Assembly (NCBI GenBank): GCA_004022145.1
Contig: RCNU01000006.1
Source: Paecilomyces variotii
Lineage: Eukaryota
Direction: 5' to 3' (one strand)
DNA: 64,000 nt
The notes below the pieces were generated by a model. The model worked only from the letters and a program-made list of their open reading frames with translations, ran no database searches and was not told the DNA's origin. Of the stretch, positions 1 to 12,737 are shown piece by piece. The first letter of the stretch is position 1, and every line of letters begins with the position of its first letter. Position numbers and translations under genes: made by a program.

Positions 1-348
1 AATACGTGATGGGGTCGCTGTCGAAGAAGCAGCAGCGGAGCCATTCAACGGTGTCGTGGCCTGTATGTTTGCAGGACGTGAACTGGGTGGAAAGGGGAGC
101 TCTGCTTTGGACTGAGCTGTTGTTGATGGCTCTACCGCGGTTACCTGTGGCTGCGTAACTGGGGGAGTCTGTGGGTTGCGGGGGTTCACTTTGCGAACAA
201 ACTGCTGGGGAACCTTTAATCTGGGGTGAGTGCCTGAGAAGATCTCGTCACTTATTCTCAGGATCTTTTCATATTCCTGCACTTCGTTGAGCTGTGGCAA
301 CGCGTCTGAGGCGCGCACAGAGACAGAAGGACCAGCATGAGCGGCCAT
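1..348 (-). CDS. Conserved fungal protein, 5' part only (from memory, homologues are annotated as CCCH zinc-finger proteins)
   Basis: ATG at 348; open frame MAAHAGPSVSVRASDALPQLNEVQEYEKILRISDEIFSGTHPRLKVPQQFVRKV... runs off the window start. No zinc finger is visible in this part. Confidence 0.6.
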   Translation of the reverse strand, partial: MAAHAGPSVSVRASDALPQLNEVQEYEKILRISDEIFSGTHPRLKVPQQFVRKVNPRNPQTPPVTQPQVTAVEPSTTAQSKAELPFPPSSRPANIQATTPLNGSAAASSTATPSRI

Positions 349-809
349 TACTGCAGGATCAGATGCAAGTCAGTGCTTAGCCTAGTAATCTTTCAGTGAT
401 CGATGGCTGTCAATCTGTCATAGTGCGACAGATGAAGTGCAAACCAGAGACTGCTCCTTGTATCCTGATCGGAAGAGAATCGGAAACTTTTGGCGTTGAA
501 GTGCCAGCAGTTGTTTCGCTTCGTTCCGCTTCGGCGCTAAACTCAGCCGGGCAATGACGCGATCGGCCCAGTTCATGGGGAGCTTTGCACGCCATTATTT
601 AACTAACGGAGGACGCGGGGTTGGCGATGGATGACTCCAACATACGCTGGCTGTTTCCATGGATATAAATTGTTCAGGCTTTGACCCGGTGCCTTTATCC
701 TTCGGTTACATTGATGAAACCTGTCTCTCTTTTGCGCCTGTGCCCATCTCTGCCGCCAATTGCCAGACGAGCTCCTAGATTCCCAAATACATTTGTCCGC
801 CGCATCGCA

Positions 810-1790
810 ATGGCGTCTACAAACAGCGTCGCCGTTGATTCTAGGCCTGTCTTCTTTTTCGACATTGATAATTGTGTATGTGAGGCAATGTACACACTTC
901 CTTGTATTATTTCTGTTGCATGCTCTCGCATACTAACTGCGGCTTCATCCAGCTGTACTCGAGAAGTAATTCGACCCGATAATGACATGCGCTGATATAC
1001 GCTGACAATGCTATTACAGAATGCAACATCCATGATCTGATGCAGGAACTGATTGGTAAGTTGTGGCATCCAGCCCAATTAAAGGGTCATGCAATACCAT
1101 CTGACACAGCATTCAATCTCTAGACAAGTTCTTCATTGCACATTTGCCTATCAGCGCACAGGATGCCGTGATGCTCCATCAGAAGTACTACAAAGAATAT
1201 GGTCTGGCGATAGAAGGCCTTACTAAACACCACAAGATCGACCCTCTCGAATTCAACAAGGAGGTGGATGACGCGCTCCCTCTAGATGACATCCTCAAGC
1301 CGGACCCGAAGCTACGGAAACTGCTCGAGGACATGGACAAGTCGAAAGTGAAGATGTGGCTTTTGACAAACGCATATGTCAACCATGCAAAGAGAGTAGT
1401 CAAGTTGCTGGGGGTTGAAGACCTCTTTGAGGGAGTCACGTATTGTGATTATGGAAGCCAACCACTGATCTGTAAACCGAATCAGAAGATGTATGAAAAG
1501 GCGGAGCAGGATGCGGGTGCTCCTAGTACTGAACAGTGCTACTTTGTTGGTGCGTATTTCGTCAGATCCGTTCTTATCTGCGAGGGAAATGCTAATGGCG
1601 ACCGGTAGATGACTCCGCTTTGAACTGCGAGCATTCGCAGGCCAGAGGATGGACGACGGTTCACCTCGTCGAGCCGGGTTTCGCTCTGCCGGAGGTTCCG
1701 CCGTCGAAGTACACAGTAAGGAGTCTAGAGGAACTTCGGGGCTTGTTTCCTCAGTTTTTCAAATCCAACGACGAGAAATCTACATCGTAA
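810..1790 (+). CDS. SDT1: Pyrimidine 5'-nucleotidase, HAD family (Sdt1/Phm8-like)
   Basis: Exons 810-875, 953-965, 1020-1055, 1124-1549, 1609-1790. HAD motif FFFDIDNCLY, YYKEYGLAIEGL, ICKP, FVDDS. An upstream in-frame ATG lies at 714. Confidence 0.9.
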
Positions 1791-2479
1791 CAGAGAGCGG
1801 GAGACACTAGAATACCCGGAGATTGGTGCTTTTCTAGAATGCATGTACATAGATATCCCTAGATATAGATGGGACGTAATAGACAACAGCACACGAGGAA
1901 TGAATAGGAAAGAAAATCAGCAGTGAATTTCGACGATCAAAGCGTATACGAGCTCCATGAAGGGAGCACTGTCGGCCTCCGAGGGAATCTCGTTTCTGCT
2001 GTTACTATTTCCAGTAATCTACGGTCCGAGGCTGCCCGGGTAGTTCAAGATCCCCTCTATATATTTAATCCAGTGTCTATACGACGAAACATCGACCAAC
2101 ATAGCCCTATCGAACCCTGCACAAGGGAAGCAGTAGAGACAATATGAGATAACTATCCATTACGATCAGAAGAAGATGGACTTGTCCCGATTACCGAAGT
2201 TAACGATTGACTCTAGTGAAGACTCAGGAACACCCGCGCATCACGTGGTCTGGTGCCTGAGCTTTCCACTGTTTACCTTAGATGCCTGAGGCGCTAAGGC
2301 AGCTCAACACGAACCGCGTGAGCTGGACTGTCCTGAACGGGAACTCTCCATACAAACGACGAACTACTCGACTCCTGGTTCGACCACAGTCTCGTCCATC
2401 GCAATCGCGGTCAGCGTCTGAACCTGGCACTTCTCGATATCCGAATTCGGATGAAGACCAGGAGCCAGTGTCCCGGAAA

Positions 2480-5400
2480 ATGGCCGACCTATCTCCCGGC
2501 CAAGTGGTCACCCTGACCGATGGTCGTCAGGCAACCGTTCGTTTCATCGGGTCGACCCATTTTGCGCCTGGTGACTGGATTGGAATTGAGTTGGACGAAC
2601 CAACTGGAAAGAATGATGGAGCGGTTCAGGGCGAGAGGTACTTTGAATGTGAACATGGGTTTGGGATGTTCATCAGACCGTCCGCCGTTCTCGCGGTGGT
2701 CGAACAGCCCAAGCGCGAGAGCAAGCCTCCGCCGAAGGCTGCTGCCCCTGCTACTCGTAGACCTCAGAGTACGATAGTTGCGGGCACTGCAGGTGCTAGA
2801 AGGCCCAGCGTCTTGGGCCCAACAGCGAAGAGACAGAGCGTGAGCGGGGCCAGTCCCTCTCCGGCTTCAAGGGTCACTCCAGGACAGCGAACATTGAGAG
2901 TATGATGTTCGCAACCGAATATAGAGTTGAACATGCACTAACTATGAATCCCAAGTCTCCTACAAAGTCTCCAACAAAGCAGCTCGGTATCACCCCTGCA
3001 TCGCGAGCATCATCAACCGCGCGCACCTCCATTGCGGCGACCAAATCTCGACCGAGCGTCGGTGCCAAAACCACCATGGGCCCTCCTCAAACACCCTCAG
3101 CAGCTGCGAGGGCTACGCGCCAGCAATTGACCGGGCCAGCTAGCAAGGTGAACAGACCAAGCGTCAGCGGACTCGGTGCGACATCTGCGGGTTTGGCCAA
3201 GCGACCATCCATCCGTACCAGTATGATTAAAAAGGCATCCGAGGGCGCAGATAGCGGAGGAAGTGCAACGCCAGACGATGTGCCGGAAGAAAAGTCACCC
3301 GAAGAATCCCCTCGTGGCGGTCATCAGGATGAGGTAGGAGCGGCGGAGGCAAGTAATAGGTCTCCAGCAGCGAGTCGAACAGCAAATCTTCGAGCCAGTC
3401 TTTCGCCCGGTTCCCAACGGACAGGAAGCCAAAATGCCGCTGTGGCAAGGGAACTTGAGGATCTCAAAACGAAACTGAAGGTCATGGAGAAGAAGCGAGC
3501 AGAAGACAGAGAGAAATTGAAGGGTCTGGAGCAACTCCAGTCAGAAAGAGACAAATTTGAAGCCGTTATACAAAAGCTGCAGACTAAGTATCAGCCCCAG
3601 CAGCTGGAGATTGGGGAGCTGCGTAAACAATTGAAGGAAGCAGAAAGTCGACTTGAGGAGGCCGAGAGGCTGCAAGCAGAACATGACTCTATACTGGAGA
3701 TGGCAGCCCTTGATCGAGAGATGGCAGAGGAGATGGCGGACGCCTATAAACACGAACTGGAGGCTTTGAAACTGAGGGTAGAAGAACTTGAGATGGAAGT
3801 GGAAGTCCTGCGCGAGGAGAACGAGGAGCTAGGCCAAGTAATGAGTCCAGAGGAGAAATCCAGCCAAGGCTGGCTGCAGATGGAGCGAACAAATGAGAGA
3901 CTCCGCGAGGCACTCATACGGTTGCGTGATATGACGCAGCAACAGGAAAGTGACCTCAAAGACCAAATCAAAGAGCTCGAAAGTGACTTGGAGGAGTACG
4001 CTTCCGTCAAAGCACAATATGAAACTACCAAGGAGAAGTTGTTGGTCTCAGAGACCAATGTGGAGGACCTCAAGCAACAGTTGGAGACGGCACTCGGGGC
4101 TGAAGAGATGATTGAGGAACTCGCGGATAAGAATATGCGCTACCAGGAGGAGATCAACGAACTCAAAGCAGCCATCGAAGACCTGGAGAGCTTAAAAGAG
4201 ATTAACGACGAGCTCGAAATTAATCACATCGAGACGGAGAAGCAACTTCAGGAAGAAATCGACTACAGAGAAAGCATATTCAATGAGCAGTGCCGGAAAG
4301 TCGCTCAGCAGGACGAGCTTATCGAAGATCTGGAATACACATTATCTCGCTTCAGGGAGCTCGTGTCCAATCTGCAAAATGACTTGGAGGACATGCGAGC
4401 TTCCCAACAGCTTACTGAAACGGAAGCCTCCGAGCTCACCGTGCGTTCGCGAGCTATGATAGACCTTAACATGAAGCTCCAGGCTTCCGTGGCGAAGGCG
4501 CAGACAAAAACGATCGATGTGGAGCTTAGCCGCATGGAATCCGAGGAGTCGGCTCAACATCTTGCTATAGTAAAGCTCTACCTTCCAGAATACTATGAAA
4601 GCGAGCGGAACTCCATCCTGGCACTTCTTCGCTTCAAACGGGTTTCCTTCAAAGCTTCGTTGATGAGCCAGGTGGTTCGGGAGCGTGTCTCTGACCAATC
4701 TGCAATTGGTACCGATCAAGATGAGATCTTCACCGCATACGAAGTGCTGGAGAAGCTCCAATGGATTTCATTACTCTGTGAGAGGTTTGTCAACTTCATT
4801 AGCACGTGCTCTGTTGAGGAGTTTAGCACTGTGCCAGGCGCGCTGTATGAGCTGGAACCAGTGGAGCGAACCTTGAACACCTTCATGGACGGTTTGAAGA
4901 AGAACGAGTTGAACGAAAAGAAGTGTGCTGTCGAACTGCAAAGGTCTATCGCCCTTTTGTCACACCTGGCAGAGACACTGATACCACCGAGCCTCGAGAC
5001 ATTTGCAGACGAGATCTATATGCGATCGATGCTGACGCAGTGCTATTTGGACCATGCTGGTTCATCAATACTACGCATAAAGTCGGTGCTGCAGGCCAAA
5101 CTTCCTGAACCTACCGAACAGGACGAAGAGGGCCCTTTCATCTACAATAAGCTGGATAGCCTGGCTACCCAGGCTCGAGGTCTGAAGGTGGTGGTAAGCA
5201 AAATCGCACGGTCTCTGGAAGAACTGAAATCTCGATCACTTGCTCTTTCTGGTGAGACAGCGGAGTCCTTTGAGAAGGCAGAGGCTGCTGCCAGGGAGTT
5301 GTCCGAGTTGATCAGACAGCTTGGCGAGAATGCTGTGCTCCTGGTCAATGAAGAAGGACGCACTGCGCCATTCACTTATTCTGAAATCATGAGCAATATG

Positions 5401-6597
5401 TCCCAGACTGCGGCATCCCTTGTACAGCCCTCTGCTGCTAACAGTGACGGTGACGATGCCCTCAACCTCCTTGCTGGCAAAATACGGACTTTGGGAGAGG
5501 ACTTAGAAGAACTGAGTGGAATTGCCACTGACCTCTCTCTAACCACGGAGTTCGAGAGGCGCCCTTCTCCCTGGATCGCTCGTGCACAGGAGCTGAAGTC
5601 CAACAAGACGATCTCTCCTGATGCTGATGAAGAGATCAGGCGACTCAAGAACGAGATCAACGAAGCATCGACAGCTTTGGGGGTCAAGGATAAGACGCTG
5701 GAGGAGCAAGCCATTAAAGTCGAACACTTGGAGTCTAGGATGCGTGACGCCAGTAAAAAGGCTGCGATGGTCAAAGAGCTCGAGGCTAAGTTCGAGGAAA
5801 TGCAGGCCAGAGAGATAGAGCTTTCTAGTATTGTGGAAAACCAGAAGAAAGAGCTAGAGAGTCTGGAGACCGAACGAGATGAACTGAAGAGTCGTCTCGA
5901 GAGGGCTAAGAGGATGTCTGGATCTGCCGCCGCTGCTGCTGCTGGAGAAGGAGCCATTGTCGACAATGCAGCATCGTTGGCAGCAATTCGTGAGAACGAG
6001 TCCCTCCGCGCTGAAGTGGATAGCCTTCAAGCTGCAGTCCGCTTCCTCCGTGAGGAGAACCGTCGTGCCAACCTTCTGGACCCGTATTCTGTCCAGAGAT
6101 CGACGAATATGTACTCTTGGCTTGATGTACCGCTCGCTCAGACCAAACATAGTCCCGAGCAAGAGAGGATGCATAAGAACGCTGCCGAGAGCAGGGACGT
6201 CCTTACTCATCTGCTCAAGTTGACCAAGGAGTCTCGTGTTCCAGACTTGAAGTCTACTCTGCCGGCTGAAGGATCAAACCGCCTTGCCTGGCGTCCTGCC
6301 AAGACTACATACAGGTACCAAGTCCTCCAACAACGGGAGAACTTCGAGCGCTGGGTTGAATGGAAGGATGATGTCGCGGGTCGCGAAAGAGAGCAAGACC
6401 GAATCGCAGAGGCAAAGAGACAGCGAGCTCTTCGCGAGAAAGCCCAAAAACAGGCTTCAGGTAGAATGCATTCTGCGAGTCTTAGCTACGGAATGATGGG
6501 CCGCGCTTGGGAGATCCTGGGTATCAAGGAAGATCATCGTAAGGACGCCTCCGGCGATGCTGCTCCAGGAGAAGTACAGATCGTTACAGACGCCTAA
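2480..6597 (+). CDS. nudM: Dynactin p150Glued subunit (NudM/Ro-3/Nip100)
   Basis: Exons 2480-2899 and 2956-6597. N-terminal CAP-Gly (WIGIELDEPTGKNDGAVQGERYF), basic S/P-rich linker, long coiled coils. Confidence 0.93.
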
Positions 6598-7625
6598 TCT
6601 GAATCTACACCGGACGGTGCTGCTTCCACCTTTATATATCCAGCAGCACCCAACAGTAGCTTCTAAACACACCGTCTCTGCCTTTTTATTTGGATACCCT
6701 TCTGTTTTCATTGACATTGGCCTTGACCCTAGTTCTTACCAGGCCTATTTCAACCTGTCATTTTGTACATTCTTTCTTTTCTTTACTCTACATACCCATA
6801 TTTGTGATGCTTACAGTACCCTCGCCTAACAGCTTACTTGAATCAAAAATTTTACCTACAAACACAGACATTTCGAGATGATCTACATAACTAGACACTA
6901 TTCAATGATCATTATGGATCCCATATATATTTACCTAAGAACAAAAAAAAATAATGCCTATATCAAAAAGGGCTATATATAATTATACCTAAACCAGCTA
7001 GCGGTCTTGACTTAAATTTCCTTCAAGCCTCTCTGCCTAACCAGAGGCGAATAAATCCAGAATTATGGTAGAATAGGATCGGATAACAAAAAACACCATC
7101 GCTGATTACTTCCTTTGTCCTTTGTGCATGGTGTAGTCCTTTCCTCAATTGAGGCGGTTTGGAAAACGGTATTTCTTTCAGTGAGAAATGTCCCATTCCC
7201 ATTTAAAGATGATGAGGAAGGTTGATTATCACATACCTTCAGAACACAGAGATGGTAGTGTGATGATGGATTTGCGGCGAAGGTGATGTGATGTGGTGCG
7301 GTGAGGGGAAGGACGAAAATGACCAAGCGAGATGCAGAGACTAGAGATGGAGGGACAAAAAGAGGAGGTTAGAAGATAGGTAGATAGACAGATAGGTAGG
7401 TAGGATCAGATGCGGGCGTTAGGTCGGGGGTATCATTAAATGGAAAAAACGGAGAGCTTTCTGCGCGTAGGAGGCGAGGACTGCAAGAATGGACAAGTGC
7501 ATAAGCATAAATACACTCCAGTCACATCACATAACTGTTTATCGTAGGGTTTGCGAACGAGATCGTCGAAATGGGCGGAGACGAATTTTGCGCTCTTTTA
7601 TAGTCTGAAGATGATGAATATAAAC

Positions 7626-8946
7626 TCAGAATGCAAGACCCACGACAGAATCGCGGAAACGGGTACCATACTCGTGTCCGCCTTCATGGATGGTGGGATA
7701 AGGTGATTCGTCAATGCGAGCTGTCGTCACTCCCATCTGTTTTGGGGTAAATGGTGAGGTTAAGATCTCCTTTTCGGTCAGACCGTCTATAGTCGATATT
7801 TGCGCTGTTGTTGTCGCAGCTGTGGTGCCACTGGACAAGGAAGCGCTAGTTGCATGTCTAGGTGTGGCTATTGTGGTGGAAGAGATAGTAGAAGCGCTCA
7901 ATGTACGTGAACGACTGTATTGAGGACTGGGTGCGTACGAGGTTGGCTTGCGCGGGCTTGATGGTGGAGTAGATACCGGTCCATGTGGCTGGGAGAGCCA
8001 TTCTCTGATACGACCAGAATGACTGGATAGAGATGTAGGCGAAGCTGGAAGAGGGGAGTCGACTAGGGTCTCTGGATCTGCCGGTGTGGGAGGTAATGGT
8101 CTGTTTGATAACGGTGCAGGAGCGTTCTTCTTGCGTGGAATTGTGTCGCCGCTGGCCGTTGCCAGTTGCGGCTTCTGGCATGGGCGAAGTTCCTCGGACA
8201 CGTCGAGTGAAGGCCGAGGAGTACGAAGTGCAAAGTGAGGAATCAATGGGTCTGCTGTGGCACTGGGTCGACGTAGATCGAGCAGCAGGTCCATAGTTGC
8301 TACGGATGACCGTCTTGATCCTGAGCCAACTGGTTTCCGGGCGAATTGAAATGAAGAATTCTGGAATTTAGAGAAGCTCCGCTCCATTGTAGGCGTAGGC
8401 GTGACGGCCCTTGAGGGCAGTGTGGGCTTCCCATTATCGTCAAGCTGGAACTCGTCGAATTCGGGGAGATCCGACAATCGGCTCCCCGGCATATAGATGC
8501 TTAGTTCGAGAGGTCGGAATCCATCGACCCGTGAAGATGGTGGCTGCACTCTCCTGAAGTCCGTCGGTGCGCCGATCGTTAGACGCGTTGTAGATTTCCT
8601 CCTGAGCGACATACTCGCGCGATTGGAAGCCCTTGACGCGAGATTGCGGCCTTCAGTGAGCCAGGAAGGCAGAGAAGACGACCGCGGAGGAGGCCCCGGG
8701 CTGGGCAAATCATCGTAGACAACCAGCTTCATTGGGGGCACTAGATGTGGCTGACTATGGCATACTGCCATCTCTCGCTCGATTCCTGAGGGACAGTCAG
8801 TTTTAAGTTGTTTCTTCTCCCCGTGCGGGGGAGATCCACGGACCTTTGTTGTTCATGGCCCGCTGGTGGGCCGCATGCTCGTCCTCAGGCCACACGCATG
8901 AGAGGCAAGATGATATCCAGGCTGTAAACATTCCCGCACGCTCCAT
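7626..8946 (-). CDS. Hypothetical S/P/T-rich protein
   Basis: Exons 8946-8844 and 8785-7626 (intron GTCCGT..CTGAC..CAG keeps the frame). Alternative start at 8931. Motifs IGAPTDFRRV, FRPLELSIY; ends SVVGLAF. Confidence 0.7.
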
Positions 8947-10062
8947 CGCGGCCAGCGCTCATGCCAGTTGCTCCATAGTCCACTGGGGAGGAGAGAGGGA
9001 AAGAAAGAAGGAAAGAAAGACAGGACGAGAGACGTCACAAAGAACAACAAGAGAATGACCAGGATGGACAGAGACGCAGTCGTCCTAGCTGGAAAAGCGA
9101 AGAAGAGTCCTGCTCAGCCTGCTAGCACTTCGTTTTCGACTCTTGGGATTTCAACCCCGCCGGCAGGGCAGAGCGGCTGGCGACCATGATATACAAGCTG
9201 CAGGCCAACGGTGAAACGGACTGTTTGCATGCAGCTCTCGCTGCCGTCTAACCCATCGCAGCATCGGGCGATGACCCTCGGAGCTGTTATCATGGTGGAT
9301 TGAAGCAACCATGGCCAGTCAACGCCCTCCCCAAGCACGAATTGGAGGGCGTGTCGATATGCGCCGTGATCAGGTTCAGGGCGTCATTCGCAGGCCCTGG
9401 GTGGAGAGATCACCATCAGTCACTCAGGGCGAGTGTTGCGCAGTGCTCATAGGGCCCGTCCTAGGACGCTTAAGAGGCTCCGTCTGATGCTGGTGCTTGT
9501 GGCGTGGTAAGCTGCGAGTGGTGAGTTGGGTCGGCGCTTAGAGACTGGCTCTTGTCGATCCTCCATAGCTGAAGTTTGACAAGGCCGCATCGACCGGAGT
9601 AACACCTGAGGCCTTTCAGACGATCACCTCTTCAGGGGATTTGGACGGGAAAAAAAGGGCTTGAGGCTAGTCCCGGTCAACCCTCGAGATTGGACAGGAG
9701 AGGCAGATGGACGAAATGAAGGAGGTCGGGTTTGGAGCTCACCTATTCTTAGTATCTAATATTCCTCGGGCACGTTCTGCACGTTCTCAGATCTCCCTGA
9801 CCACTGACCAGAGACCTCTGGAGCATCGCTATTGGATCCTGTTTCCTTCGAGTACAAGAGCCTGGGCGTTCCTTGTGTTTCATACTTGCTACTGCCCAAA
9901 TTAAGATCTGGTAATGTTTCATTCAGCACGATTCTAACGCCACTGCTAGGTATGATAGAGATTCGCCCGACAATGCGACAAATGCATGATCGACAATTGC
10001 AAGAATAATAGACTCCTGGACTAAATATCAACAAGACGGGACACGCTTCGCGCTCGAAGAAT

Positions 10063-12270
10063 CTATTCGCCCCACACGTTGCGCTCCTCATCAAAATCAC
10101 CATATGCCAAACGGGACGCCGCGGGTCGCGTGTCCTCCTCCTCGGTGTCTTCTCCTACCGCAAATGTGGGCTGTTCCGAGTTGCCAGGGATTGTGGCTGC
10201 CGTCTGCCTCTGATTCTGCTGCGTGATAGAAACGTCTTCAACTGGCTCGCCAGAAGGCCTCCTGATGGGCAATTGGTCAGTCCAGATTCGAACAAATAAA
10301 TATAGGAACAGCATACTTCAGATAATGTTTGTGCTCGGTCTCATTATTCCATGAAGACCCGAACTCTTTTCGAGTTTGGCTACGCTCTCGTCGCTCTGCT
10401 TCCGGGTCCTCAACCACGAGGTCGACCAGTTGGCTACGTCTGGAGTGTGACGAGCCTGAAGCACTCGGCTGGCGGTGCGCAAGAGGACGTTGCTCGGGAT
10501 GCAATTGACCGTTGCCAGGGCTGTCCGTACGACCATGCACGCTTCGACGTGGTCTCTTCGTGCCGCTAGCACTGCTTTTCCGATGCTTTTGAGCTTTCCG
10601 CACCACGCCTGGCTCGACTCGGTTTTGATAACTTTGACGGCTTGCTATCCGTTGGTCTCGCGGCACCTCATTCGCAGTAATGACCGGGTACTTCACACAG
10701 TTAGCTCGCTGGACCACTATAGGTACGGGGGCTCCCTGATGCATACATTCCAGTCACCGAACTCCAGAGACCGGGCAAGTGTAAACAAACGTTCATCTTC
10801 CCCGTCCAGAGCGGCCTCCTCCATCTCGCCATATGTACGGTATCTGTCGATCACGCTACTTCTTCTCATTCTATCCTCACTGCTGCTACGGCTAGGACCC
10901 GGTTCTGATAGCAGTGGTGTCCGGCTGTTGATTTCGCCGGGCTTGGGGATCCAGTACTTTGCCTTTCCTCCTCTCTGATATCTCATTCCATCCATCACCC
11001 GCTTCACCCGAGAGTGAGACTCCTCATGCGCAATGACATTGTCACCGGAGTCGAACAATCTGTATTCATAGTTTTCGCCTCTTAGTGTCATCTTGGTGTC
11101 CTCGATGAGATCCCGGATTCCAAAGGCATCACGGATGGCGTACTTGACGGGCATCCGGGCAGCTGATATCGTTGGGTCCGCGTAATCGTGCCACGAGAAG
11201 GCGTACCAGTGCGTAAGTGCGAAGATAGGCATCTCGAAGCAGATGAGACTGTCCTGGATGGCAGCTGCGAGATTGTCTGGTGTATATCCCGCCACGCCAT
11301 TGGGAATGGCTCCAAGCCATTGAAGGATAGACAAGAAGAAGCCTTGCCAATAAGATGCAAATATGATGAGCTTGACGCAAAGAAACTTAGGAACCGGACG
11401 GAATGGTTTCAAGTCATCGTGCATGCAGACCCAAAACATTGCAAGAGAGTAGAGACTCAGAGTGACACTGATATTATAAATGATACCGGTCCATAGATAG
11501 CCGGACGTAACCCCGAGATAGCCTTCCTGATAGGTACCCGTCGCTTTCATAATGATTGAAGCGATCGCCAAGGTCGGTTTTAGCCAGGTATACTGCAGAA
11601 TCCCTCGCTTGACGGCCAAGAAGGTATGGGGATCGGAGATATCGACTTTGGGAAGGACATGATTGAGCGGCCAAGCGTGGGAGACGGGCGGACGGCCATG
11701 GGTCATGATGATGAGAGCCCGTTCACCACCGAGGAAGTTAATGAGTAGTTGGAAGAAGGTGTAGATTGTGAACGCCTGGAAGGTATCCATTAACAGCGGT
11801 AGGCCGTCGGATCAGAACAGTAGCGTACCTCATAAACATCGCGAATGGGATCTACCCACATAGAAGCTCTCAGGGACACAATACTGGTCCATGAGGACGC
11901 CGCATATATAGGAACCCTGCTATGGTTAGCTGGATGCCGGTATCAATCTCGTGCTTGGAGGACTCACATTAACAATATACGAACGACATATCGCTGCAGA
12001 AGCGGCTTCCGGTAATTTTTCCTAGATGGAACCGGTCAGATGCGCCTTTACGAGTGTTCAGGAACCTGCAACGCACGTTTGGAGCCATATCGACCTATGC
12101 AGGAGCGCAGAGATTAGCCATAGAACAAGGTGTTCCAATGTCCGCCCAACTCACAGGAACGATAGCAATGACGCTACCAGCGAAGCAACCCCCGCGACAA
12201 TGACCACTGCTCGCGCAAGACGGGAGCCTGTACCGCCAGAGGCCGCACTGGCTGTTATTGTTGATAGCAT
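10063..12270 (-). CDS. TMEM184/organic solute transporter alpha (DUF300, Hfl1-like) membrane protein
   Basis: Seven exons: 12270-12155, 12094-12077, 12021-11968, 11916-11829, 11775-10747, 10690-10317, 10261-10063. Motifs KNYRKPLLQRYVVRILLMVP, KFLCVKLIIFASYWQG, LICFEMP. Confidence 0.9.
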
Positions 12271-12737
12271 TCTTTTTCGATCGCGATGACGCGCTCAGTG
12301 TCGGTGTGATGCACGATCACTCCGCCCCTCTCGCGAAGACGGCGATAGCATTATTCCTTCTACGGGAAAGTAACCGTGAAGGAAAAAGAAGTTCGAGAAG
12401 TGCGAACGAACGAAAGCTGGAATAAACTTAGTGCGATCGTCGATGTTCAGGGTGTTAACTAGGCAGTAGGATAATAATCTCCCCCCGTCTTGGAGCTCTC
12501 CGCAGCTCCGCTCGCCGCGCGTGACGAATGTCGTCGGGCTCGAGCCGCACTGACCATTTGTCTCGAACAGCAGCTCCGCGACAGCTTGGATCGCCGTGTT
12601 CGAGTAGCAGCTCCCATTGCTGTCATCGACAGAATGCGCGCGGCCTCTTGAAACTGAATGACGCTCCAGCTTGCAAGTGCTGCTCGCTGAAGAGGGTCGT
12701 GATGCGCGCGGGCATCTAAAGCCCTCAACTTTTGGAG

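Noticed and set aside
2282..2479. 66-aa in-frame extension upstream of the dynactin start
   Set aside because: The CAP-Gly domain starts right after ATG 2480, which has good context (AAAATGG). The extension has no recognisable signal.
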